NCBI GenBank assembly: GCA_021735285.1
Contig: JAIPHI010000001.1
Coordinates: 1-45,300, forward strand
Source: Fidelibacterota bacterium
GTDB taxonomy: Bacteria; Fidelibacterota; UBA2242; JAFGTP01
Direction: 5' to 3'
DNA length: 45,300 nucleotides
In this document: positions 1-8,940 of the stretch, piece by piece
How the letters are laid out: each line of letters opens with the position of its first letter
How positions within the stretch are numbered: the stretch's first letter is position 1
Notes under the pieces: model-generated
Told to the model about the DNA's origin: nothing
Seen by the model: only the letters and a program-made list of their open reading frames with translations
Databases searched by the model: none
Position numbers and translations under genes: made by a program

Positions 1-52
1 TATTTTCTGCGGAGCAAAGGACTCTGAATATATTTTTATTATCTTGAGATTA

Positions 53-209
53 TAGCGATTTGCAAAAGTTTTGTCTGATGTAGCATAACTATCCTTAGTT
101 GTAGATTTTCCTGAAGCCTTCAATAGGCTGAAAGGAAAAATAGATATAAATAGTATTTATGACAAATTATAGCTACTATTTTATAAGAGAACTTATATGA
201 AAATCGTTA
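53..209 (+). mobile_element. MITE-like non-autonomous element, copy A (~157 bp, 12-nt imperfect terminal inverted repeats, TA flanks)
   Basis: 51-170 is the reverse complement of 23147-23266 with 3 mismatches in 120 nt (hand-aligned). Similarity continues at ~80% to ~212. The ends are TAGCGATTTGCA (53-64) and TGAAAATCGTTA (198-209), whose reverse complement TAACGATTTTCA matches 10/12. Both ends abut TA. No coding capacity. Confidence 0.45.
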
Positions 210-356
210 TATATCCGGATGGTCAGTATAATTAGCAGTAATAAGTATAAGCCGGTTTGGAGATTAATTATGATTTTTATTTTGAAATAACATCCTTAAA
301 AAATAACTTTGAAAAGTTACAATCAAAATACGATCGGAAAATCGAGGTGCAGAGCT

Positions 357-3300
357 ATGACTAGAAAGCCTATATTCTGGGTTATTTTTATTATCCTCTT
401 TATTGGAAGTGTACTTTTCAGCATAAACTATTTCTCCAGGGCTTACCCTATTGTCAATTTAGATTTGCAAATGGATCGCACAGAAGCTCTTGATGAGGCC
501 AGCAAATTAGCTTTACAATATGATTGGGGCCCGAAGGATTTTGAACAGGCTTCTGTATTTAATCTGCATAGTAAAGTGCAAAATTTCGTTGAACTTGAGC
601 AGGGGGGCACTGAGGCATTTAGCAAAATGTTGGCCGGTAGTTTATATGCTCCCTATATCTGGCAAGTACGACATTATAAAGAGAATAAAGCCAATGAAAC
701 TATGATCCGCTTCACTCCGGAGGGCAGACCTTATGGATTTCGAGAAAAACTACCCGAAGATAAACCGGGGGCCAGTTTAACCTCGGATTCTGCTTTAGCC
801 ATAGCCCGGACGATGGCAGGCAACAATTGGGGTGTTAATTTAGATGATTATAATCTTGTTGAGAGGTCGCATGAAGTCAAGCCTGGGGGCCGGACTGATC
901 ATAGCTTTGTTTATGAAAGACGAGATACAACTATTGGGAAAGGTAAATATCGGCTCCGTTTAAAAGTTAGTGGTAATAAATTTACAGAATTGACCCATTT
1001 TGTAAAAGTTCCGGAGGCTTTTTCACGCCGTTATAGTCAAATGCGCTCAGCCAATCAAACTCTTTATACTGTGGCGATGGTAGCGATGATAGTTTTCTAT
1101 CTGATTGGGGGGTGTATAATTGGTTTATTCATTTTAATGAAACAGAATTGGGTAATCTGGCGTAAAGCCTTGCTCTGGGGTGGTCTTATAGCACTATTCC
1201 AAGTTTTGGCTCAGATCAATCAATGGCCCTTATTGTGGATGGATTATGATACGGCTCTATCAGCACAAGGTTTTGTTATTCAACAAATTATTCAGCTGGT
1301 GATAATATTTATAGCAGAGGGACTTTTACTCAGTATAACTTTTATGGCGGCGGAAAGTCTGACCAGAAAAGCTTTTCCTGAACATGTTCAGTTGTGGCAG
1401 GTGTGGAAACCGAAGGTCGCCAGTTCGCCGGGCATTTTTGGACGTACAATTGGGGGCTATTTAGCCGTTGGAATATTCCTCGCCTTTGATATCGGGCTTT
1501 ACTTTTTTGCTACTCATATCTTAGGGTGGTGGGTGCCTTCAGATACATTATTTGAACCCAATGTTTTGGCCACCTATTTTCCTTGGCTATCATCGATTGC
1601 AATTTCTTTGCATGCAGGCTTTTGGGAAGAGTGTCTTTTTCGGGCAGTACCCATTGCTGGGGCTGCTCTTCTAGGGGAGAGATTCGGCAAAAAGAGACTC
1701 TGGATTATAGGCGCCTTTATTGTTCAGGCTTTAATTTTTGGTGCTGCTCACGCATCATATCCCATGCAGCCCTCATATGCGCGTTTAGTTGAACTCATTA
1801 TACCCTCAATTGGATTTGGATTAATTTATTTACATTTAGGCCTTTTACCGGCAATTATTCTCCACTATGTTTTTGATGTAGTGCATATTTCAATGCCATT
1901 ATTTGCAGCATCTACTGCCGGCATTTGGGTTGATAGACTGATAGTAATTCTTCTAACATTAATTCCTCTTTTAATTGTAATCTGGCGTAGATTACAAGTT
2001 GGCAAGTTTAATAAAATACCTGATTGGGCTTACAATGCTTCCTGGCAGCCTGCTGAGGAGAAAGATGAAAAAATAGCAGCTCAAGAAATAGAAGAAAAAT
2101 TTAATATTACTGCGGGTAATAAGAGATATTTATATATTTTATTTACCGGAATAGTTGGTTTATTAATCTGGGTATTTACTATGAATTTTGATAATATGGC
2201 ACCTAGAATCGAAACTACACGCCAAGAAGCAAAAAATATAGCCATAGATTCTCTATCTAGACAAGGAGTCGAGCTCACTGACTCGATCCGCGTTCTTGCT
2301 TATTTACAAACTCCTCATGGTAAGGATGATCGCTTTATCTGGCAGGAGGAAGGAAAGCAAACTTACAAACAATTGCTGGGTAAATATCTCTCTACTCCTG
2401 TTTGGCAGGTTAGATTCGCTCAATTTGAAGGCAATGTGGCAGCCAGAGCAGAGGAATACAGAATTTATGTTAAATCCGGAAAAGTTCTCAATGTAGAACA
2501 CAAATTACCGGAATCCTATCCAGGTGCCGAATTGACAGAAGATTCAGCCCAGGCCAGGGCCTATTCTGTAATAGAAAAAAGAACTGATTTGGATCCGAAT
2601 AAATTGAAAAAAGTAGGAGCTAAACCTTCGGACTTGCCGGAGCGCAAGGATTGGTTATTTGAATTTGCGGATACTTTAAACTATAATCTGTCAAGCGGAG
2701 AGCCCCGGATTGTGATAAAATTAGCGGGTTCGGAAGTAGTGAATGCGTACAGGAAGGTACATATACCCGAAGACTGGCAGAGGGAACAACGCAGCCAGAA
2801 TAATCAGAGACAAATAATAATGATTCTGTGTGGTATTATTCTTTTTATACTGTTAGCGATCGGTGCTATAAAAGCGCTAATTCGCTGGAGCCGCAATAAC
2901 TTTGCGACAAAAGAATTTTTAATCTTTCTCATCTTTATATTTTTTCTGGGGCTGGCGAAATTTTTAAATTCCTTACCCGGATTGATGGCTAATTTTGAAA
3001 CCTCACAACCATTTAGTAACCAGCTGTTTATGATGACTGTATTACCTGTCATTGGAATCCTACTTATGGCTGCTGCCGTGGCGTTAATCAATGGTTTAAT
3101 AAAAGTCTGGAAACCTGAACAGAAAAATAATTTGGAACCTGTCGCGATTCTGAGTGGATTTTTCACCGGATTTTTAATCGCAGGAATAGGAGCTCTGCTG
3201 GAATATATTTTAGGCCCGAACCTAAATCCATTGTGGGCTGATTATGCAGCTTTGAATAGTTATTTACCATTCCTGGCAACAGGGCTGAATCCTATCCAGA

Positions 3301-3677
3301 GCTTTATTATAAACTCTACATTATTAATATTGATTTTTACTGCTATTAGCAGATTCACAGTGAACTGGACAAAAAGGAGACTGCTTTTTGCCTTTATAAT
3401 TCTGGTGGTGATTCTTGTTGTGAAGGGCTTGAATCTTGAAACTATTCCTTTTTGGATAATTTCAGGTTTGGTTGTAGGAGTAATATATCTTGTCATTTAT
3501 ATAGTTTTTGTAAGATATAGACTTGATTTAATTCCTTTAATAGTGGGCGGCTCCACAATTCTTCATATTATGCAGCAGCTGGTTTTTAATGCCTATCCGA
3601 CTGCTATCATAGGTAATCTAATTGCCATTCTACTAATTACTTTGATTGCAATCTACTGGAGTAAAAAATTAGCATAA
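357..3677 (+). CDS. Giant polytopic CPBP-family (CAAX/Abi-type) intramembrane protease, internally duplicated
   Basis: The track ORF is 309..3677 from a TTG. ATG 357 is preceded by GAGGTG (344-349) and gives MTRKPIFWVIF... (basic N-terminus followed by a TM span). CPBP motifs are present in order: FWEECLFR (EExxxR), FGAAHASYP (FxxxH), ILHYVFDVVH (HxxxD). Many hydrophobic spans and two paralogous soluble domains. Confidence 0.85.
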   Translation: MTRKPIFWVIFIILFIGSVLFSINYFSRAYPIVNLDLQMDRTEALDEASKLALQYDWGPKDFEQASVFNLHSKVQNFVELEQGGTEAFSKMLAGSLYAPYIWQVRHYKENKANETMIRFTPEGRPYGFREKLPEDKPGASLTSDSALAIARTMAGNNWGVNLDDYNLVERSHEVKPGGRTDHSFVYERRDTTIGKGKYRLRLKVSGNKFTELTHFVKVPEAFSRRYSQMRSANQTLYTVAMVAMIVFYLIGGCIIGLFILMKQNWVIWRKALLWGGLIALFQVLAQINQWPLLWMDYDTALSAQGFVIQQIIQLVIIFIAEGLLLSITFMAAESLTRKAFPEHVQLWQVWKPKVASSPGIFGRTIGGYLAVGIFLAFDIGLYFFATHILGWWVPSDTLFEPNVLATYFPWLSSIAISLHAGFWEECLFRAVPIAGAALLGERFGKKRLWIIGAFIVQALIFGAAHASYPMQPSYARLVELIIPSIGFGLIYLHLGLLPAIILHYVFDVVHISMPLFAASTAGIWVDRLIVILLTLIPLLIVIWRRLQVGKFNKIPDWAYNASWQPAEEKDEKIAAQEIEEKFNITAGNKRYLYILFTGIVGLLIWVFTMNFDNMAPRIETTRQEAKNIAIDSLSRQGVELTDSIRVLAYLQTPHGKDDRFIWQEEGKQTYKQLLGKYLSTPVWQVRFAQFEGNVAARAEEYRIYVKSGKVLNVEHKLPESYPGAELTEDSAQARAYSVIEKRTDLDPNKLKKVGAKPSDLPERKDWLFEFADTLNYNLSSGEPRIVIKLAGSEVVNAYRKVHIPEDWQREQRSQNNQRQIIMILCGIILFILLAIGAIKALIRWSRNNFATKEFLIFLIFIFFLGLAKFLNSLPGLMANFETSQPFSNQLFMMTVLPVIGILLMAAAVALINGLIKVWKPEQKNNLEPVAILSGFFTGFLIAGIGALLEYILGPNLNPLWADYAALNSYLPFLATGLNPIQSFIINSTLLILIFTAISRFTVNWTKRRLLFAFIILVVILVVKGLNLETIPFWIISGLVVGVIYLVIYIVFVRYRLDLIPLIVGGSTILHIMQQLVFNAYPTAIIGNLIAILLITLIAIYWSKKLA

Positions 3678-3758
3678 AAAATGTTTTCTAATATTACTAA
3701 GGCTTTTTAAAAATCAAATATAAGATTTAACGTTAATTAATGATAAGGAGGGCGAATT

Positions 3759-6500
3759 ATGACTAATTTTATTTCTGGAAATGGGAAAATACTACTATCT
3801 ATTATAATTTTCCTGATTGGGATCAATCTTTATGGTGGTTCTCTGGACTACCTGAATGATCTACCACCCCTCATTGATAGGGACCTGTTTTTTGGTGATC
3901 CGAAAATTGCGGGAGCCAAAATTTCACCTGATGGTAAATATATCTCTTTTCTTAAACCTTATAAGGATGTGAGGAATATATATGTCAAGAAAAGAGGAGA
4001 ACCATTTGAAGAGGCCAAACCGGTTACAGCTGATGATCGGCCGGTCTCTGGATATTTCTGGAGTCAGGACAGCCGTTATATTCTTTATGTTCAGGATAAA
4101 GGTGGCAATGAAAATTTCCATGTTTATGCAGTTGACCCTACTGCTGAACCGAATTCAGAGACTGGTGTCCCCCAGGCCAAGGATTTAACGCCTCTGGAAG
4201 CAGTTCGGGCCACAATCTACTCGGTGCCGGAAAACACCCCTGATAAAATTATGATTGGTTTAAATCAGCGGGATCCTTCCTATCATGATGTTTATGAAGT
4301 AAGTATTTCAACAGGAAAGCGGGAACAAATTTTTAAAAACACACAAAATATCTCCGATTATACTTTTGATTTAAAAGGCAATCTGCGGCTCGCCTCCAGA
4401 GAAACTGAAGATGGTGGAACTGAAATTTTAAGAAATAATGATGGGAAGTTTGAACGCATTTATAAATGTGGATTTGAGGAAAGATGTTATGCTTATCGGT
4501 TTCACAAAAATAATGAAAAAGTATATTTTGTAACTAATAAAGGCGAAAAAGTGGACCTGACCCGCCTCACATTGTTGGACCCTGAAACCGGTGAAACCGA
4601 ATTGGTTGAATATGACCCCCAAAATGAAGTCGATTTTGGAGGAGCCCTTTTTGATGATCGAACCGAGGAATTAATCGCAACGATGTATGTTGGGAATCGG
4701 AAACGTATTTATCCTAAAAATGAGGAATTCAAAGATGATGTGAATTTTTTGAAGAAGAAACTTCCGGATGGAGAATTGTCAATTAGTTCTACTAGTGAAG
4801 ATATGCAATATTATTTGGTTAGTGTCTCCCGCGATATTGATCCGGGCTCAGTTTATTTATATGATCGGAAACAAGAATCTGTAAAACTTCTATACAAGTC
4901 CAGACCGGCATTAGAAAGTAAAAATCTTGCTCATATGAAGGCCTTAAGTTATAAGGCTCGTGATGGTATGGAGATTCCTGCTTATTTGACTCTTCCCAGA
5001 GGTGTCAGACATAAAAATTTACCGGTTGTAATGCTGATTCATGGTGGCCCCTGGTCACGGGATAGCTGGGGATATGATCCTTATGCCCAGTTTCTTGCCA
5101 ACCGTGGATATGCTGTTTTTCAGCCTAACTTCCGGGGCTCTTCAGGTTTTGGCAAAGAATTCCTGAACGCTGGGAATAAAGAGTGGGGGACCGGTTATAT
5201 GCAACATGATATTTCAGATGGTGTTAAATATCTAATAGAAGCAGGTTATGCCGATCCGGAAAAAGTTGCCATCTTTGGCGGTTCATATGGAGGCTATGCT
5301 ACTCTTGCCGGTTTGACTTTTACCCCTGAACTTTACACTGCTGGAATATCTTATGTCGGCCCTTCCAATTTATTGACGCTGTTGAACTCTTTACCACCTT
5401 ATTGGGAACCTGTCAAGAAAATGTTTTATAAAAGAGTTGGCAATCCCAATACTGAAGAAGGTAAAAAACAATTAAAAAAGCAATCTCCTCTCTTTTCAGC
5501 CGATAATATTGACGATCCATTGCTTGTAATCCAGGGGGCTAATGATCCTCGAGTTAAGAAACAAGAATCTGATCAGATTGTAGTTGCCGCCCGTGAAAAA
5601 GGTTTGGATGTAGCTTATCTGGTAGCACCTAATGAAGGTCATGGCTTTAGGCAGCTGGATAATCGCTTAGTGGTAGCTGCTGCAATGGAAAAATTCCTTG
5701 CCAAGCAACTGGGTGGCAGATATCAGGAAAAAGTTTCTGATAACATCCGGCAAAGATGGGAGGAACTCAGAGTTAATGTTGATTCAGTTGAAATGCCGGA
5801 TACATCTTTTATCCAGGGTGAGGCTAAGGCTGATTTTCCGGATATTGATCCTGATAAACTAAAATCCTATACTGCTATCTATAAGCAAATAGTGGATAAC
5901 CAGGGCCGGGAGATCACCCTTGATTTTGATAGGGAGATTAAAAAGTCCAGATTGAAAGGTGCAGACACCTGGCTGGTAATCAAAAACACTGAAACTCCAG
6001 GTGGTTCTTCAGTTGATTCATTTTACTTAAGTGGTAAAGATTGTCTCCCTGTGAAGCGCATAATCGTACAAAGAGGAATGGAGATAGTTGTAAAATTTGA
6101 AGAGGGACAAATCACAGGTACAATGGAAATGGGCCCCCGTACAAATGAAATTGATATCAAACCTGAGGAAAAGGTCCTTGGTCTTCCCGATGTGCTAGCA
6201 ATGACAATGAAAATTGCTCCTGATTTCAAAGCCCAGTTCGGCGCTCTCAATTTAATGCGCCAAAATGTTCAACAAAATATGATGGAAGTGGTCGGGCAGG
6301 AAAAGGTGAAAGTTCCTGCTGGCAGCTTTAATGCTTATAAAGTAGAAATTAAACCCATTAATGGAGGTGAGGGTAAACAGACTCTTTTTCTCACTGTAGA
6401 TGAGCCTCATATTGTCCTAAAATCAATTGAAAATTTGCCTTCAAGAATGGGCGGTGGGACCGTGATTTCCGAATTAAAATCAACCAGTTTAATGGAGTAA
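3759..6500 (+). CDS. S9 family serine peptidase (prolyl oligopeptidase/dipeptidyl peptidase type) with a ~260-aa C-terminal extension
   Basis: An AAGGAGG RBS precedes ATG 3759. The N-terminus has a hydrophobic signal-like segment and the N-terminal half looks like a propeller. The catalytic motif GGSYGGY is followed by QGANDPRV (Asp) and NEGHGF (His) in S9 order. Confidence 0.85.
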   Translation: MTNFISGNGKILLSIIIFLIGINLYGGSLDYLNDLPPLIDRDLFFGDPKIAGAKISPDGKYISFLKPYKDVRNIYVKKRGEPFEEAKPVTADDRPVSGYFWSQDSRYILYVQDKGGNENFHVYAVDPTAEPNSETGVPQAKDLTPLEAVRATIYSVPENTPDKIMIGLNQRDPSYHDVYEVSISTGKREQIFKNTQNISDYTFDLKGNLRLASRETEDGGTEILRNNDGKFERIYKCGFEERCYAYRFHKNNEKVYFVTNKGEKVDLTRLTLLDPETGETELVEYDPQNEVDFGGALFDDRTEELIATMYVGNRKRIYPKNEEFKDDVNFLKKKLPDGELSISSTSEDMQYYLVSVSRDIDPGSVYLYDRKQESVKLLYKSRPALESKNLAHMKALSYKARDGMEIPAYLTLPRGVRHKNLPVVMLIHGGPWSRDSWGYDPYAQFLANRGYAVFQPNFRGSSGFGKEFLNAGNKEWGTGYMQHDISDGVKYLIEAGYADPEKVAIFGGSYGGYATLAGLTFTPELYTAGISYVGPSNLLTLLNSLPPYWEPVKKMFYKRVGNPNTEEGKKQLKKQSPLFSADNIDDPLLVIQGANDPRVKKQESDQIVVAAREKGLDVAYLVAPNEGHGFRQLDNRLVVAAAMEKFLAKQLGGRYQEKVSDNIRQRWEELRVNVDSVEMPDTSFIQGEAKADFPDIDPDKLKSYTAIYKQIVDNQGREITLDFDREIKKSRLKGADTWLVIKNTETPGGSSVDSFYLSGKDCLPVKRIIVQRGMEIVVKFEEGQITGTMEMGPRTNEIDIKPEEKVLGLPDVLAMTMKIAPDFKAQFGALNLMRQNVQQNMMEVVGQEKVKVPAGSFNAYKVEIKPINGGEGKQTLFLTVDEPHIVLKSIENLPSRMGGGTVISELKSTSLME

Positions 6501-6508
6501 GAATCAAT

Positions 6509-6542
6509 AAAACCTGGTAGGTTTTGAAAACCTGCCAGGTTT
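6509..6542. terminator. Bidirectional hairpin between convergent genes
   Basis: AAACCTGGTAGGT / TTTGAAA loop / ACCTGCCAGGTTT forms a 13-bp stem with one G-U pair. It is flanked by A-run and T-run sequence and lies between the S9 stop (6500) and the minus-strand gene stop (6562). Confidence 0.65.
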
Positions 6543-6561
6543 ATATGTATTAATTCTACTT

Positions 6562-7626
6562 TTATATCTTATCAATAATATTATGAAGATTATTTTTAAT
6601 TTCTCTAAAATATTTTTCATCATCACTTAATATATCTCCCAGTTCATAGGTCTCTATTTTTGGATTTAAACGGCTGATTGCAGAAGAGCTGAGAGTTACG
6701 GCTATCTTAAAGTGAATGTTTTGCATATAATTGATGATCTCAATGGGAAAAATATTATCAAATACCTGTTCGACTCGCGAGTTGAAAAAAGAGTAATCTG
6801 TTTTTTCCCGCGGATGAGGTTTAATATAGATAGCAAATTGCTGACTTAATTGATCAACTATTTCCTCATATATATCTAATTTTTTCTCTTCACTAATAAC
6901 AAGATCTTCTGAAAAAGGTTGAGTAATCAGGAGTGCAGAATTTTTAAGGGTGGCTTGGAGAGAGGTCTGATCTAAAAAGATTTTAACCAGTTTGCTTCTA
7001 ATATTTTTAGGAATATTTTTTGTATATCTAGTTTTATTAAAATAAGATCCTTTATGTCTGATTGATGAAGGCAGCATTTGTGGTCTTTTTACAAAAATAT
7101 TTTTTATGCGAGGATTTCTACCATAAGGGGGGTAAATACCATGCAATTTTTTTAAAATACTGGCAAAGCTGAAATGAATGCTAGCATAATTTCCAATGCC
7201 TTCCTCAAGCAAGTAGAGATTATCGAAGTTGGTAACGATATATTGTGATAAAAATTGTCCGTCATTATATAAAAATATATCGCTGGTTTTAAGAGGTTTG
7301 ATATACAAGCGTTCACTAAATAAATTTCTTAGATGTTTTTTATAAAACAGGAGTCTGATTATTTTTTTTAAAGGATTACGAGGCATGTTTTTATCTTTTA
7401 GGTTATTGTCATCAATAGCTAGAGCCTTTTCGGTAAAACGGTATTGGTTGTTGATTTTTTTGGCTAACTGCCTATAGCCCGAAAATCGATTGCAAATGTA
7501 TATATAATTTTTATTTTGAAAGTAGTAGCTCAGGATTAAAGAAGTCAGAACATGTTCAGTATTATAACATATAAAAGCATTAGGAGCGGAATTTGTCAGG
7601 ATTTCTTGGAGCTTGTTTGTAGTCAT
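6562..7626 (-). CDS. Putative glycosyltransferase, GT52-like (Lst/sialyltransferase-like HP-motif family)
   Basis: A 354-aa ORF. Motifs are colinear with my recollection of Neisseria Lst-type GT52 enzymes: N-terminal FICYN..H.L.SL, EEGIGNY (cf DDGTGN), LLITQPFSED, YIKPHPRE (HP motif), PIEIINY, and SSSAISRL near the C-terminus. Not verified by any search. Confidence 0.5.
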   Translation of the reverse strand: MTTNKLQEILTNSAPNAFICYNTEHVLTSLILSYYFQNKNYIYICNRFSGYRQLAKKINNQYRFTEKALAIDDNNLKDKNMPRNPLKKIIRLLFYKKHLRNLFSERLYIKPLKTSDIFLYNDGQFLSQYIVTNFDNLYLLEEGIGNYASIHFSFASILKKLHGIYPPYGRNPRIKNIFVKRPQMLPSSIRHKGSYFNKTRYTKNIPKNIRSKLVKIFLDQTSLQATLKNSALLITQPFSEDLVISEEKKLDIYEEIVDQLSQQFAIYIKPHPREKTDYSFFNSRVEQVFDNIFPIEIINYMQNIHFKIAVTLSSSAISRLNPKIETYELGDILSDDEKYFREIKNNLHNIIDKI

Positions 7627-8001
7627 TAATTTTATTTTTAGTATTGGATTATTAAGCGGATTGATTAATTTAAATTAATAAAAACCGCTTCAATGAGCAA
7701 ATTAAGTTAAGAAATAATTACAATTTATAAAAATAAGTATTGTTGGCTTTTTGATTCTTTCAATCTCTTCCATTTTTAGCATCCTTTCTTTTTCCTCCAT
7801 GTTTATTTTTATGGAGGTAATTTAGTTAGGTGCTAGGATTTTATCTTGCAAATTCTAATAACTATTATGCAAAGATCTCTATTTTTATCTTGCAATCTGC
7901 TAGGTTTCTAATTTGCAAAAAACAGAAAAATTAATCCGACGAAAGCTTATTTTTTTTTAAATTGGTAAGAGATGATTATAATTTTAGAGATTTAGGCTTA
8001 A

Positions 8002-8934
8002 ATGAAAAAAAAGATGCCTGTTATTTCATTTATTATTCCAGTTTATAATAGTTCCCCATGGATCAAAGAAGTGGTAGACTCGATTTTTACTCAGGGTTAT
8101 GAACGGGAAAATTTGGAAATCATACTCATCGATGATAAATCTCAGGACCATTCACTGGCAATATTAGAAGCATTACAGGCGGAAGCAGCAAATACAATCA
8201 AACTAATCAAACATGAGCACAACAAAGGCCTTTCTGTGGCAAGAAATTCTGGTATTAAAGCAGCACAGGGAGATATTTTTGTCTTTCTTGATTCGGATAT
8301 TTCGCTTGCCCCTGGTTTTATTACAGAAACTTTGAGAATATTTAAAAATGAATCTATAAAAGGAGTTGTTGGCAAAACATTTCCCGCTGAGGAGGTTAAT
8401 TATGATAAATTCCAGAAATACCTATATGAAGCTCCAAGGGGGGCTCGACATCTTGAAAGCTTGAGTAAAGTTCCCTACTATTATTTTTTGTATAATATGG
8501 CTTCTATAAGAAGCACAGTGGTTCAAAATACAGGGCTATTTGATCCTGATATTAAAGAATATGGCGGAGAGGATACAGAATATGCCTTTCGAATGGCTCA
8601 GCAGTTTCCGGAGGGATTATATTTTAGTCCTGATCTCAAAGGATACCATCATCATTATAGGAGTCTTGATGATGCTCTCCAATTATATAAAATATATGGC
8701 CGGGTAAATGTACCTTATATTATTGAAAAGCATCCGGAAATGAAGTCTATATATTATTATGATTATTTGCAAGGCCCCTTACATAAAAGAATAACAGGTC
8801 ATATCATAAAGAGCACAATATTTAGAAGTTTTTTGATAATGTTATATAATATTATTCCTGGGCCGCTATGTTTTGGTATAATTCGTTTGCTTTTAGCTGC
8901 GGCTATGTTGGAAGGGCTTGATTCTCGTCAATAA
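8002..8934 (+). CDS. Family 2 glycosyltransferase
   Basis: ISFIIPVYNSSPWIKEVVDSIFTQ, ILIDDKSQD and FLDSDI (DxD) are the typical GT-A/GT2 N-terminal motifs. The C-terminus is hydrophobic. Confidence 0.85.
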   Translation: MKKKMPVISFIIPVYNSSPWIKEVVDSIFTQGYERENLEIILIDDKSQDHSLAILEALQAEAANTIKLIKHEHNKGLSVARNSGIKAAQGDIFVFLDSDISLAPGFITETLRIFKNESIKGVVGKTFPAEEVNYDKFQKYLYEAPRGARHLESLSKVPYYYFLYNMASIRSTVVQNTGLFDPDIKEYGGEDTEYAFRMAQQFPEGLYFSPDLKGYHHHYRSLDDALQLYKIYGRVNVPYIIEKHPEMKSIYYYDYLQGPLHKRITGHIIKSTIFRSFLIMLYNIIPGPLCFGIIRLLLAAAMLEGLDSRQ

Positions 8935-8940
8935 AAAGTA

